From: Simkaniaceae bacterium
Lineage (GTDB): Bacteria; Chlamydiota; Chlamydiia; Chlamydiales; JAJFMI01
Direction: 5' to 3'
DNA length: 64,000 nucleotides
Assembly (NCBI GenBank): GCA_040880145.1
Contig: JBBDIZ010000029.1
Coordinates: forward strand, 15,483 to 79,482
The number at the start of each line of letters is the position of its first letter. Positions within the stretch are counted from its first letter, which is position 1. The position numbers were made by a program, and so were the translations under genes. This document shows positions 8,998 through 18,997 of the stretch, one piece after another. The notes under the pieces are model-generated. The model made no database searches. It worked only from the letters and a program-made list of their open reading frames with translations, and was not told the DNA's origin.

Positions 8998-9945
8998 ATG
9001 AGTTATAAAGTGATTGCTTGGTATCTTTTTACTGAGCTCGAAGATCCCTATTCTGAAATCAAACGTCAAAAAGATTTTTTATCTAAACTCGATGTCAAGG
9101 GACGCATTTATATCTCTGAAGAGGGGGTTAATGCTCAGATGAGCGCCTCTAACGCAAGTGCTGAGGCTTATATCGAATGGATAAGAAAAGATGGGAACTT
9201 TTCATGCGTTGATTTTAAAATTCATGAGGCCGATGAGCACGCTTTTGATCGTTTGACCATTAAATATAGAGACCAGCTCGTTGCAATGGATCAAAAAATT
9301 GATACCCGTTTAACGGGCGCTCATGTTCCGCCAAAAGAGTGGGCGAAAATGATTGAAGAGAAGGATCCTGATACGATTTTAATCGATGTAAGAAATGATT
9401 ATGAGTCTGAAGTTGGCCATTTCGATGGGGCATTGAAACCTTCGATTAGCACATTTCGAGAATTTCCGGGGTATGCGGATCAATTGGTCGAGCAGTATGA
9501 TCCTAAAAAGACGCGCGTTATGATGTATTGTACCGGAGGTATCCGCTGCGAGCTTTATTCCGCTCTCATGAGGGAAAGGGGATTTGAAGAGGTGTTTCAG
9601 CTCGATGGGGGCGTGATCAAATATGGTTTAGAAGAGGGAACCAAGCATTGGCGAGGCCGGCTTTTTGTCTTCGATGATCGTTTGGTTGTCCCCATTTCTG
9701 AGGATAATGATGAGGTGATTTCCTCCTGCTCCTTCTGCAAGAAGCCTTCAGACCGTTACTACAATTGCGCTCACATGGATTGTAATGAACTTTTTCTTTC
9801 CTGTTTAGAGTGTGTTGAGGAAATGAAAGGGTGCTGCAGTGAAGCGTGTACACATGCTAAGCGCCTTCGACCTTTTGAGCCTACCAAAACGCCAAAGCCT
9901 TATCGGCGTCTTCCAAAAGAAGTGAAGGATCAGCTTGACAGCTGA
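8998..9945 (+). CDS. trhO: Rhodanese-domain tRNA hydroxylase TrhO (UPF0176/YceA)
   Basis: KGRIYISEEGVNAQ, DVRNDYE..VGHF, MYCTGGIRCE, WRGRLFVFDDR, C-terminal Cys cluster. Confidence 0.9.
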   Translation: MSYKVIAWYLFTELEDPYSEIKRQKDFLSKLDVKGRIYISEEGVNAQMSASNASAEAYIEWIRKDGNFSCVDFKIHEADEHAFDRLTIKYRDQLVAMDQKIDTRLTGAHVPPKEWAKMIEEKDPDTILIDVRNDYESEVGHFDGALKPSISTFREFPGYADQLVEQYDPKKTRVMMYCTGGIRCELYSALMRERGFEEVFQLDGGVIKYGLEEGTKHWRGRLFVFDDRLVVPISEDNDEVISSCSFCKKPSDRYYNCAHMDCNELFLSCLECVEEMKGCCSEACTHAKRLRPFEPTKTPKPYRRLPKEVKDQLDS

Positions 9946-12268
9946 AATTTCATCTCTTCAGGATCGTCGTTTTAGCTTCCATTTAGACAAAGTGGGGGAT
10001 GTTCCTTTTTCTCAAGCGGTTGACCGCCTCAAAAAGCAGAGTTTATCCGGCGGAATTTCTTATCTTGGAAAGAAACTCATTTGCGATCTTTTAGCCCCCT
10101 ACCAAATTGAGCTAAAAGCCTTGATTGAAGGTCAAGAGATTCTCCTCTTTGCTTTTTTGGTCCGCGGAAAAAGGAAAATGCCCTTTGAAGAGGTTGCGGC
10201 TTTTTTCAATGCTCCCACATTTATTGTCATTCATTCTTCATTTCTATCTCTTGTCGAGACGGATCTCGATTACCGTATTTTGCGAAAGCTTGAAAAAGGT
10301 CCGGTTTTTCTCACACCTAAAGAATGGGAGGAGATTCAGGAAGATTTTGAAGGAGAGATCGTTATTCAGGGGGCTCTAGCAGAAGAAATGCCTTTTCCTT
10401 GCCTCTCTCTTGTGGATCGCATGGGTGTTTTTGCAAACCTTAATTTTCGCTACAAAGATCAAAAGATGCGAAATGAAGCAGAAGAGGCTTCATTTGAAGC
10501 GGACCTTTTAGAAACAGGTTATAGAAAAAAAGAGAGAGGGAGTTCTCAATATTATTGCCCGGCCGATCAAGTGGCGAAAAGCTTAACATTTCTTTTGGAA
10601 CTTGGGTGGAGAATTTTTGATGTCAATAAGGCTTCTATTCTTCTTCAAAAAGCGATTGATTTAGAAGTGATTGATGATGGTTTTGACCTTCATTTGAAGG
10701 GGAAAGTGCGCTTTGAAGATTATGAATATGATTTAAAAGAGGTCGTGGGCGCTTTTAATCGGCGAGAGACTTTTATCACGCTTAAAGACAATCGGGTGGG
10801 TCTTCTCGATTATAGTCATAACCTTCCTCAAGAGCTCACTGAAACAAATGATGGGGTCAAGCTAAAAAGAACTCGCCTTGGGGAGTTAATGGACTTAAGT
10901 AAAAGATTCTCCCTCGATCTCGATCTTTTTGCGCCTCTTCAAGAGACTCTTCCGTCTAAGCATTTTCAAGGTCGGCTCTACCCCTTTCAGCAGAGAGGAG
11001 TGGATTATTTACACTACCTTTATAAAAACAATTTTGGAGGGCTTTTAGCTGATGAGATGGGGCTTGGAAAGAGTGTCCAGGTATTGGCATTTTTTTCCAG
11101 ACTGTTTCAAAACGGTCCCAAACTAATCGTTTGCCCCACTTCTCTTATTACGAATTGGAAGAGAGAAGTGGAAAAGTTTTTACCTTCTGAAGAGGTGACG
11201 CTTTTTCATGGGAAGGAAAGGCCTTTTGACCTAAATGAGAAGAGCTTGATTCTAACAACTTTTGCTCTTTTAAGGCAGGAGAGAGGGCTCTTTGAATCGT
11301 TAGAATTCGATGTTGTTATTTTCGACGAAGCACAAAATTTCAAAAACCCTGAAAGTCAGCTCTTTAAGACGGTTTCCTCTTTGAAGGCTCGTTGCCGGAT
11401 TTCGCTTACAGGAACCCCAGTTGAAAATCGACCTCTCGATATTTGGAGTCAGTACCAAGTTCTCATGCCGGGTCTTCTCGGTAAAGCGAAGGATTTTCTG
11501 ATCAAGCAAGAAAATTTAAGCACGAAGCGGCTCTTAAGTGATCGAATGGCTCCTTTTTTCCTTAGGCGTACAAAAGAAGAGGTCTTACCGGACCTTCCTG
11601 AGAAGATCGAGCAGACGATTTATGTTGAGATGTATGATGAGCAAAGAGAGCTTTACGAAGAGATCTTGTCAAATGCTAAATGTGCAGAAAAACCTCTCGA
11701 GATTTTTGAAGCGATCCTGCGCCTTCGCCAGGTTTGCTCGGATCCCCGCCTCCTTGGAGAAAATGTACGAAGCGCAAAGCTCGATCTGATGCTCTCTGAT
11801 TTAGCTTCAGAGATTGAAGGGGGGCGTAAAGTGATCATTTTTAGTCTTTTCACTTCAATGCTCTCTTTGATAAAAAAAGAGATTTCCATTCCCTATCTTT
11901 ATTTAGATGGAAAAACAAAAAATCGGCAAGGAGTCGTTGATCAATTTCAGGAAGATGAAAGCATCCCTCTCTTGCTCATGAGTTTAAAGGCAGGGGGTGT
12001 GGGGCTTAATTTGACACGCGCAGATACTTTATTTCTATTCGATCCCTGGTGGAACGAAGCGATTGAGCAGCAGGCCATTGGTCGATCCCATAGATTAGGG
12101 CGCAAAGAGAGTGTTTTAGCCAAACGCTACATTACGGCCCTCAGCGTCGAGGAGAAGATCATGGCCTTAAAAGAGCACAAAAAGTCCCTCTGCAGCTCTT
12201 TACTGGATCTTAACGCTGAGGCCCATAACTTGACAAAAGAGGATCTCTTAACGCTTCTTAGCCCATAA
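9935..12268 (+). CDS. SNF2-family DEAD/DEAH helicase
   Basis: LADEMGLGKS, DEAQ, LTGTPVEN, SLKAGGVGLNLT.AD, DPWWN, QAIGRSHRLG. Confidence 0.92.
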   Translation: MTAEISSLQDRRFSFHLDKVGDVPFSQAVDRLKKQSLSGGISYLGKKLICDLLAPYQIELKALIEGQEILLFAFLVRGKRKMPFEEVAAFFNAPTFIVIHSSFLSLVETDLDYRILRKLEKGPVFLTPKEWEEIQEDFEGEIVIQGALAEEMPFPCLSLVDRMGVFANLNFRYKDQKMRNEAEEASFEADLLETGYRKKERGSSQYYCPADQVAKSLTFLLELGWRIFDVNKASILLQKAIDLEVIDDGFDLHLKGKVRFEDYEYDLKEVVGAFNRRETFITLKDNRVGLLDYSHNLPQELTETNDGVKLKRTRLGELMDLSKRFSLDLDLFAPLQETLPSKHFQGRLYPFQQRGVDYLHYLYKNNFGGLLADEMGLGKSVQVLAFFSRLFQNGPKLIVCPTSLITNWKREVEKFLPSEEVTLFHGKERPFDLNEKSLILTTFALLRQERGLFESLEFDVVIFDEAQNFKNPESQLFKTVSSLKARCRISLTGTPVENRPLDIWSQYQVLMPGLLGKAKDFLIKQENLSTKRLLSDRMAPFFLRRTKEEVLPDLPEKIEQTIYVEMYDEQRELYEEILSNAKCAEKPLEIFEAILRLRQVCSDPRLLGENVRSAKLDLMLSDLASEIEGGRKVIIFSLFTSMLSLIKKEISIPYLYLDGKTKNRQGVVDQFQEDESIPLLLMSLKAGGVGLNLTRADTLFLFDPWWNEAIEQQAIGRSHRLGRKESVLAKRYITALSVEEKIMALKEHKKSLCSSLLDLNAEAHNLTKEDLLTLLSP

Positions 12269-12458
12269 AAGGGGGGGGGGAATCGTCTTCAGGTTTCCTT
12301 TTATCCAGCATTTCTATTGCAGCTTCTCTTAGGGTCTTAAGACCCTCTTCAAAGCCAATTTCCTTGAGTAACTGATCTAAATGATTCCTCTCTGCTTGAA
12401 GTTGATCGCAGAGAGATTCAAGCTTTGCAATTTTACGTTCTAAATGATTTGTCGCCAT
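12258..12458 (-). CDS. Small conserved chlamydial coiled-coil protein (CT652.1-like)
   Basis: AGGAGG RBS; IAKLESLCDQL...LL.EIGF.EGL.TL pattern, recalled from CT652.1-type proteins. Confidence 0.7.
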   Translation of the reverse strand: MATNHLERKIAKLESLCDQLQAERNHLDQLLKEIGFEEGLKTLREAAIEMLDKRKPEDDSPPPFMG

Positions 12459-12486
12459 AAGACAACCTCCTTTCATTCTATCTAGA

Positions 12487-12502
12487 TGCAAGAAAGGTAC
12501 CA
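12487..12502 (-). promoter_or_regulatory. Sigma-54 (-24/-12) promoter
   Basis: TGGTAC-CTTTC-TTGCA on the minus strand versus consensus TGGCAC-N5-TTGCW, ~30 bp upstream of the 12458 start. Confidence 0.7.
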
Positions 12503-12518
12503 AAAAGTGAAAAATTGC

Positions 12519-12550
12519 AAAAAAAAAGGCTTCCCTATAGAGGGGAAGCC
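12519..12550 (-). terminator. Rho-independent terminator
   Basis: GGCTTCCC...GGGAAGCC stem followed by T9 on the minus strand, just after the 12568 stop. Confidence 0.85.
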
Positions 12551-12567
12551 CTAAAAGACAGAGAAAA

Positions 12568-13575
12568 TTATTGAGCGTGGCGGTAGGCGCGCTCATTCAT
12601 GATGGCGATGGCGCGGTCGCGGTCTATAAGTTCATCAAATTTTGATTTTGTAACGCGTTCGTTAGCAAAATACCATTCTTTTTTGGTCATGCCATCTAGG
12701 TAAACGATGGAAAGGCCGTGGCGGAGACCGTCTGACCAATTACACTCTTCTACGAGTTTACTTCCATCGATATAGTAGCGTTCCACCCCATTTTTTCGGC
12801 CTTCTTTAAAGGAGAGCTCGAGATATTTTACTCCATTTTGAAAGTAGGAAGCGGGACCGCTGAGGTAGCCATTTTGGTACGTTTCAATAGAGACAGGCTC
12901 GCCTGTTGATCCAAAGACTCGTTTTTCTCCGTGAATGGTACCGCCGGCAAAGGGTATTGAAGAATGAAGGGTGCCATTTGGATGGAAAGATTCACGAAGA
13001 GCAATGTGTCCTTCGTCGATAATTTCTTTGCCCCAGAGCCAACCATCGCTATCTCGGATGATGCGTTCGCCATATCCTTTTGTAACTCTCGATTCGCTCT
13101 CGTTGTGGAGTGTAAAGTAATCACCTTCGATGAGCTCATCATCGAGGTATTCTTCAATACAGCGAGGAGGGCCGCTTTTGTACCAGCAGGTTACTTTTAC
13201 ATGGTCAGGCCCAAAGAAAAGCTCCTCTTTTTCGGGAAGTCCTTTCACATCGTAGTTTACTTTTCGAACAAGAACGCCCCCTTCAAAGATATTGAGAGAT
13301 TCTAAAGTTTCACTGTGAGGGTAGGTGTAGGTCGTGGAACCGTGTAAAATACCATCTTCATAAGTAGAAGTGATCGTAACCCCATTTCTCATCGTAGTGA
13401 TTACCTGACCGGGGTAGTGATTGCCTTGCCACTCTTCTTGTGATACGTCATATCCATATTTGTGAATGAATCTTTGGGATACAACTTCTTGGCTGCGATC
13501 TTGTGCTGAATAATCATGGCAACCTGCTAAGCCCATAGCTAAAAGAGCCATGAGTTTATACGCTTTTTTCTTCAT
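12568..13575 (-). CDS. Lipoprotein with MORN-variant repeats (conserved chlamydial protein next to pheT)
   Basis: Lipobox LAGC; repeated Y.nG.l.G...y units. Confidence 0.8.
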   Translation of the reverse strand: MKKKAYKLMALLAMGLAGCHDYSAQDRSQEVVSQRFIHKYGYDVSQEEWQGNHYPGQVITTMRNGVTITSTYEDGILHGSTTYTYPHSETLESLNIFEGGVLVRKVNYDVKGLPEKEELFFGPDHVKVTCWYKSGPPRCIEEYLDDELIEGDYFTLHNESESRVTKGYGERIIRDSDGWLWGKEIIDEGHIALRESFHPNGTLHSSIPFAGGTIHGEKRVFGSTGEPVSIETYQNGYLSGPASYFQNGVKYLELSFKEGRKNGVERYYIDGSKLVEECNWSDGLRHGLSIVYLDGMTKKEWYFANERVTKSKFDELIDRDRAIAIMNERAYRHAQ

Positions 13576-13646
13576 AGCGACCTCTATTTTTTTGTTCACT
13601 ACCATGCCTGTATTTAATCTAATTTTCAACTGAAAAGTTTCTTGCG

Positions 13647-13686
13647 GCTATACCGAAACGACTTTTTGAAGTCGTTTCGGTATAGC
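13647..13686. repeat. Perfect 18-bp hairpin of the TATACCGAAAC repeat family
   Basis: gctataccgaaacgactt-tttg-aagtcgtttcggtatagc directly downstream of pheT. Confidence 0.88.
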
Positions 13687-13697
13687 ATTGATTTTTG

Positions 13698-16073
13698 TTA
13701 AATTTCAAGTAAAGCAGTGACTTTGCTCTGAAGTTTGTTTTGCAGTTTTTCAACTGTTTCCGATTTGATTGTTTCATTTTCTTTTCGGTAATAAAAGCGT
13801 AAAGTAACGTTTTTTTCATTTTTAGAGAGCTTTTCGCCTTCATAGATTCCTATGAGCTCATAATTTGTGAGAAGGGGGGATTGGCAAGTTTTAATGGCAT
13901 CATAAAGGGCGCTAAGAGGCAGCTCTTTTTTGAGGGTAAGGGTCCAGTCTCGAGACGTTCCGGGATAAAGGGGGAGAGGGGTCATTTGCTTGACGCCGGA
14001 TTGAAGGCGAAGGAGCTCTTCTAACTCAACTTGGGCAAAGTAGATGGGAGTTTTGATTTCAGTATGCTTGGGATGGACTTGACCTGCGACTGCGACAAGG
14101 GTGTTATGAATATAAACTTCAGCCTGGATGTTAGGGTGAAAGCTGTCGAGGCGGGAGGGTCGAAAAGAGACCTTTTCCAAGTTCAGTGAAGTAAAAAGAT
14201 TTTCGAGATGACCTTTTAGATCAAAGAAATCAACTGAACAAGAGGGGTCTTGAAAGTGAAAAGGTTTCTTCATTCCGGTTAAGGATAGGGCAAGAACGTG
14301 AGGCTCTTCAATTTTACCATCGACTCTGAAATGGATTCTTCCCACTTCGAATGCAGCGATGTTGGAGGTTTGGTGATCAAAATTCAGCTGAATCGCTTGA
14401 AGGTGTCCAGGTAGAAGAGAGGTTCGAAGAATCGATTGATCGAGGCTGCTGGGGTGAAGAACTCGAAGAAGATGGGTCTCATCGAGATCTTTTTCAATGG
14501 CAAGAGAAGCCATCTTAGGGCTAATTAAATCGCATGTGAGAAATTCAGTAAGGCCGCTTTTAAGAAGTTCCGTTCGGATTTTTCTTTCGAATAAAAATAG
14601 AGGAGAGTGGGGGATGGTGGAAAGGTGAACTCTAGGAGAGCTTTTGGGTATGTGATTATAACCGTAGATCCGTGCGACCTCTTCAATGAGATCGATTTCA
14701 GCTGAGATATCATTTCGGAAAGTCGGAACCGTTACGGAAAGTTCATCATCGAGATGTTTTTTGACGCAAAAGGAAAGCCGCTTCAAGATTTCTGAGGTTT
14801 CATTTAAGCTTATGGAAATTCCAAGAAGTTTATTTAAACGTTTTAGGCGTAAGTTTAATTTTTTGCCCTTTTGTTTTTTGATTCCCTTTTCAGCGGGCCC
14901 TCCTAGGGGTTTTGCTAAGGCGCATTCTATGAGTAATTGCGAGGCGCGACTGAGAGCGAATGCACTCATATTAGAGTCGATGCCCTTCTCAAAACGAGCA
15001 GAGGACTCGGTTCGCAATTTCAATTTTTTCATGGAGGCTCGAACTTCTATGGGATGGAATGAGGCGGCCTCAAGAAGAATCGAGGTAGTTTTATCATTGA
15101 CGGCACTTTTCCCGCCGCCCATGACCCCGGCAACTGCAATAGGCGTTTCACTTGAGAAAATAAGAAGCGTCTCTTTTGGAATTTCATATTCAATTCCGTC
15201 GAGAAGGGTCATATTCAGTTTTTTCGTATTTTTTTGGATCTTTATCGACTGATTCTCAAGAGCATTGAGATCAAAAGCATGCATCGGTTGACCCAGTTCC
15301 AACATGACGTAATTTGTGATATCGACCACGTTGTTAATCGGTCGAATATTGGAAGCTAAAAGTCTTTTTTCAAGCCACTCGGGAGAGGGACCGATCGCGA
15401 TGTTTTCAAATGCTTGGGCGCGGTAGTAGGGAGAAGCGATTTCATCTTCAATCTCGATTGAAATGGGAGAGGGGGTCTTTGCGGACAAGGGGTTAACTTC
15501 TCGGATATGAAGAGGGAGGTTTAAAAGAGCAGAGAGCTCGCGCGCGATGCCCAAATAGCTCATGCAGTGGCCGAGATTCGGTGTCAATGAAATATCGAAA
15601 AGGGTGTCAGCTAAAACCTCTTTCAGTTCCATTCCGATGGGCCTTCCCTCATCAAATTCCATGATCCCATCGACAGAAGAGGGAAGGCCAAGCTCTTCGG
15701 CTCCACAGAGCATGCCGAAGGATTCAACGCCGCGAAGTTTACATTTTTTTATGGTAAAAACTTTATTCTTATCATCTGTTAATTGGCTACCAACTTTAGC
15801 GAAAGCGGTTATAAGGCCTTTTCGGCAGTTTGGAGCGCCGCAGACAACCTGAAAGGTCTCTTTTTGATCACTCACTGTTGCAATGCAGAGTTTTTCGGCT
15901 TGGGGGTGTGGTTGCGTTTCGATGACCTTTGCAAAAACAACGCCTTCAAAAGAAAAGGGTGTTTTTTCGATTTTGTCCACTTCAAGACCTGCCAAGGTCA
16001 ACGCGTCAGCAATTTCTTCAGGGGAAAGGGATAAAGGTAAAAACTCTTTGAGCCAATTGAGAGATACTTTCAT
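13698..16073 (-). CDS. pheT: Phenylalanine--tRNA ligase beta subunit
   Basis: MKVSLNWLKEF, VVCGAPN, LRGVESFGMLC, INNVVDITNYVMLELGQPMHAFD, DLIEEVARIYGY. Confidence 0.96.
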   Translation of the reverse strand: MKVSLNWLKEFLPLSLSPEEIADALTLAGLEVDKIEKTPFSFEGVVFAKVIETQPHPQAEKLCIATVSDQKETFQVVCGAPNCRKGLITAFAKVGSQLTDDKNKVFTIKKCKLRGVESFGMLCGAEELGLPSSVDGIMEFDEGRPIGMELKEVLADTLFDISLTPNLGHCMSYLGIARELSALLNLPLHIREVNPLSAKTPSPISIEIEDEIASPYYRAQAFENIAIGPSPEWLEKRLLASNIRPINNVVDITNYVMLELGQPMHAFDLNALENQSIKIQKNTKKLNMTLLDGIEYEIPKETLLIFSSETPIAVAGVMGGGKSAVNDKTTSILLEAASFHPIEVRASMKKLKLRTESSARFEKGIDSNMSAFALSRASQLLIECALAKPLGGPAEKGIKKQKGKKLNLRLKRLNKLLGISISLNETSEILKRLSFCVKKHLDDELSVTVPTFRNDISAEIDLIEEVARIYGYNHIPKSSPRVHLSTIPHSPLFLFERKIRTELLKSGLTEFLTCDLISPKMASLAIEKDLDETHLLRVLHPSSLDQSILRTSLLPGHLQAIQLNFDHQTSNIAAFEVGRIHFRVDGKIEEPHVLALSLTGMKKPFHFQDPSCSVDFFDLKGHLENLFTSLNLEKVSFRPSRLDSFHPNIQAEVYIHNTLVAVAGQVHPKHTEIKTPIYFAQVELEELLRLQSGVKQMTPLPLYPGTSRDWTLTLKKELPLSALYDAIKTCQSPLLTNYELIGIYEGEKLSKNEKNVTLRFYYRKENETIKSETVEKLQNKLQSKVTALLEI

Positions 16074-16178
16074 GTTGATCAGTATAACTCAAGAATGAAA
16101 TTGAAAACAAGCCTTGGAAATCTTAACAAACTATTAATTTGTTTTTTTGTTTTTTTCGCCCTATGATTCTGAAGTATC

Positions 16179-17378
16179 ATGGGTGAAGATTCATATTGGG
16201 TAAAAAAAATTCGGAAGCTCACACAAATATTGATTGTGAGCGGTTCTTTAAATGTTGCCTTTTTGGCTACGTTAATTTATTTTGCTCTTCCTAAAAAAGA
16301 AATTTTCATTAAATCGACATCTTATCGCACTCCGCCTTTGACGACAAGTCATCTTAAAGTGCTGCAAAATTATTTTGAGACAAGTTATGAAAGCCTTTTA
16401 CAGGAGCTTGAAAATGAAGAGCAGATTTTTGATGGATTTTCCTATCGAGATTTAGCCTTAAGCTGTTTGGTGAGTTTTCATGACTTTGATATTGAGCGCG
16501 CGCTTCCAGGGTTTCCTCTTCAAAAGCGGGAGATGGCTTATCTCAACAAATCGGGGGGTGAGCAGGTTGAGCTTACGCTCTTTCCAGGATTAAAAAAAGA
16601 GCATTTTGTTGCTATTTCTGACTTTGCTTCAAAAGAGAGATGGCCTCTTACAACAAAGGGGCTTTTTTTTGAATTGCAGTCTTTAAAACAACCCCCTTCC
16701 TCACTTGTCAGCTCGTTTCTATTAACGAAGGAGTTTCATGCCATTGAAATTCTCTTTAATCATCTGCCTGCACCTGTTTCGAAAGAGATTCTGCTTTCTC
16801 TTTTATTGCAAGGAAGCTGGGATCGTTTGGCCTCCTTTGTCAAGCGGCACCAAGATCTCGATGCGCTTTCACCTCTTGAAAGACGCGAGTTTTTGCTCGA
16901 TTACGCTGGGGGCGGCTCTACTTATGCCGCGACACTTTTAGTGGCAACAGATCGGGATTTTGTCCAACATGAACTCGATGATGAACGGCTTGTTTCAGTG
17001 ATGTCAAATCTACAAATTCTAACGGAGGAGACAGAGAGCCTCGTCAAAGAGCTTCTCTATAGTTTGCGCTCAGACAAGGTGCGTACTTTAGCCGGGGTTA
17101 AGCTTTACGCCCTTTTAGGGGAGCGCCCTCCTGAGCCCTACGATCACTTTACAACTTTAAAGCGCTTTTTACCTGAATTTTTCGATGAGATCACCCCCCA
17201 AATGGTCAATGATCAGCCCTCTCACTCTTCAAAGCGTTATCGTATTAAGGAGGGAGACACCCTCTGGCACATTTCTCGAGATTACAAGGTCTCTGTCGAT
17301 GAAATATTGAAAGCCAATAACCTCAAGTCGGCATACCTCCTCCCTGTTGGGAAAGAGCTCATAATACCCAATTCTTGA
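16179..17378 (+). CDS. LysM-domain membrane-anchored protein
   Basis: N-terminal TM helix; C-terminal YRIKEGDTLWHISRDYKVSVDEILKANNL...G.ELIIP. Confidence 0.88.
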   Translation: MGEDSYWVKKIRKLTQILIVSGSLNVAFLATLIYFALPKKEIFIKSTSYRTPPLTTSHLKVLQNYFETSYESLLQELENEEQIFDGFSYRDLALSCLVSFHDFDIERALPGFPLQKREMAYLNKSGGEQVELTLFPGLKKEHFVAISDFASKERWPLTTKGLFFELQSLKQPPSSLVSSFLLTKEFHAIEILFNHLPAPVSKEILLSLLLQGSWDRLASFVKRHQDLDALSPLERREFLLDYAGGGSTYAATLLVATDRDFVQHELDDERLVSVMSNLQILTEETESLVKELLYSLRSDKVRTLAGVKLYALLGERPPEPYDHFTTLKRFLPEFFDEITPQMVNDQPSHSSKRYRIKEGDTLWHISRDYKVSVDEILKANNLKSAYLLPVGKELIIPNS

Positions 17379-17393
17379 AGTTGTTTCGGTATA
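17367..17393. repeat. Half copy of the TATACCGAAAC repeat
   Basis: cccaattcttgaagttgtttcggtata; contains the LysM gene stop codon. Confidence 0.8.
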
Positions 17394-17402
17394 AGTCAAT
17401 TC

Positions 17403-17795
17403 TTACCAATTAGGAACGATAGAAAAATCAGGGCTTCTGCATCGCGGACATCGAAAAGTAAAAGCGCCTCCAGGCCATTCATATTTGCAATGATTACAGA
17501 GTAATTTAAAAAGTTTATTTTCTTTAATTGGTAGATAAAATCCATATAGATCAGAAAGTAAATAGGGAAGACGAATTGTATTTCCGTTTTCATTTGCAAG
17601 TGAAAATCCAGAGTCATTATCAATGAAATAGCTTTCATCGAGGTAGAGTTTTTCGTGGAAATAGTTTATTATGACTTCTGGAGCTTTTTCAGAAATGAGT
17701 GCAATGGTTTTTTTTAGCTCAATGTCATCCAGACTATTGCCATAAAAGCTTGTTGATAAAAATGTAAAGAATAGGATTACCCCGATTTTGTTCAT
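17403..17795 (-). CDS. Secreted hypothetical protein with C-terminal CxxC..CxxC zinc ribbon
   Basis: Signal-like MNKIGVILFFTFLSTSFYG; CNHC...CPRC; start inferred. Confidence 0.65.
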   Translation of the reverse strand: MNKIGVILFFTFLSTSFYGNSLDDIELKKTIALISEKAPEVIINYFHEKLYLDESYFIDNDSGFSLANENGNTIRLPYLLSDLYGFYLPIKENKLFKLLCNHCKYEWPGGAFTFRCPRCRSPDFSIVPNW

Positions 17796-17796
17796 A

Positions 17797-18696
17797 ATGT
17801 CGACCTTTGAAATTAATGGATCATTTAGAAATTGCTTTCTTATTATTTTTCTTGTTGTCATCGTAATGCAGTGTTCAGGACCGGAACATACGAAACAGTC
17901 GAATAATATTTCAAGGATATTAGATCCTATTGATTCAGATTGGCTTGAGAAGTTTTATCGAGATCTCTTTTTAGATGGACCGATGATCTACACGTTACTG
18001 GGATCAAAGCCGATGTCTTGCCATGAAATTATTGACGCAAACGAGGAAGAGTGGATTCGAGCACATGAAATGTTTTTCGATGCTGTTCCCGAATCAAAGA
18101 AAGAGAAAATTAGAAAAGAGTTTTTAGAAGAAATTCAGAATTATACATTGCATGAGCACTGGATTAAGTGGAAATGCATTCGCTCACGCTTTCCAAATCA
18201 GGAGTTTTTATTTAGAGAGATTCTAAGCGAGAGTCCCCATCTTTATTTTGTTTGTGTTGTCAATACGAAGCTTGTGATTAAAATGCTTCTTCAGCATTAC
18301 GATCTTTTTCGTAAAGAGCTAGGGTTTGACTTCGACCCTCTTAGCGCAGCGCTTGAATTTGAAAAAGAGGATTCGATTTTTTGGAAGAAACTCTTTGCCA
18401 ATCATTTTTTACAGGGGATTCTTTACGGATTTGGGTTAGAAAACGCTTATTTCTTCTCTCAAGAAAATCAGAGAAAGGGTGAAAAGTCGATCGAATCGGT
18501 TTTTAAGCGGCGTTCACTGCCGGTAAACGATGGAATCATAGAAATTCCTCGCTTCGCTTCTTACCAAGTGGAAGAGGGGGAAGATCTTGTAATCGCTCGG
18601 TATCAAAAAGAACGAACTGAAATTCAAAAAAAGATAATCGAGAACAATTGGGTCGAACTTATTTCGGCGCTTCTTTTAGACAAGAGAGCTTCTTAG
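17797..18696 (+). CDS. Hypothetical (possible lipoprotein)
   Basis: 300-aa ORF; hydrophobic stretch ending in VMQC; YTLLGSKPM and GILYGFG motifs. Confidence 0.7.
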   Translation: MSTFEINGSFRNCFLIIFLVVIVMQCSGPEHTKQSNNISRILDPIDSDWLEKFYRDLFLDGPMIYTLLGSKPMSCHEIIDANEEEWIRAHEMFFDAVPESKKEKIRKEFLEEIQNYTLHEHWIKWKCIRSRFPNQEFLFREILSESPHLYFVCVVNTKLVIKMLLQHYDLFRKELGFDFDPLSAALEFEKEDSIFWKKLFANHFLQGILYGFGLENAYFFSQENQRKGEKSIESVFKRRSLPVNDGIIEIPRFASYQVEEGEDLVIARYQKERTEIQKKIIENNWVELISALLLDKRAS

Positions 18697-18902
18697 TCAA
18701 CCTCGTCAATTCCACCCGGATGCCAGGGGCCGCATTTGAGAATTCGGATGAGGGCGAGATAGAAACCTTTAAAAAACCCCTTTTTTCGAAAGGCTTCTTC
18801 GGAGTAACTCGAGCAGCTCGGGTAAAAACGACAGCGCTGGCCTAGAAGGGGGCTAATACAAAATTTGTATAGTTTGATTAAGCCGATCATGATCCATTTC
18901 AT
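18693..18902 (-). CDS. yidD: Membrane protein insertion efficiency factor YidD
   Basis: ISPLLGQRCRFYPSCSSY...RILKCGPWHPGGID. Confidence 0.93.
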   Translation of the reverse strand: MKWIMIGLIKLYKFCISPLLGQRCRFYPSCSSYSEEAFRKKGFFKGFYLALIRILKCGPWHPGGIDEVD

Positions 18903-18962
18903 TTTTCTATTTTAACCCTATGACCTCTTTTTTCTTGATCATTTTTTTTCTATTTTTATCGA

Positions 18963-18982
18963 TGAAGTTGTTTCGGTATATA
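18963..18982. repeat. Half copy of the TATACCGAAAC repeat
   Basis: tgaagttgtttcggtatata. Confidence 0.7.
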
Positions 18983-18997
18983 AGTCGAACCTTCTTC

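Noticed and set aside
12271..12280. G10 tract as a phase-variation switch
   Set aside because: It encodes the last prolines of a small gene; slippage would change only a few terminal residues
12568..13575. YwqK-like antitoxin or immunity protein
   Set aside because: The similarity comes from generic MORN-variant repeats; it is a lipoprotein next to pheT with no toxin partner
14686..16098. Antisense and alternate-frame ORFs inside pheT (and similar ones across the window)
   Set aside because: Shadow ORFs fully overlapping well-supported genes, with no motifs
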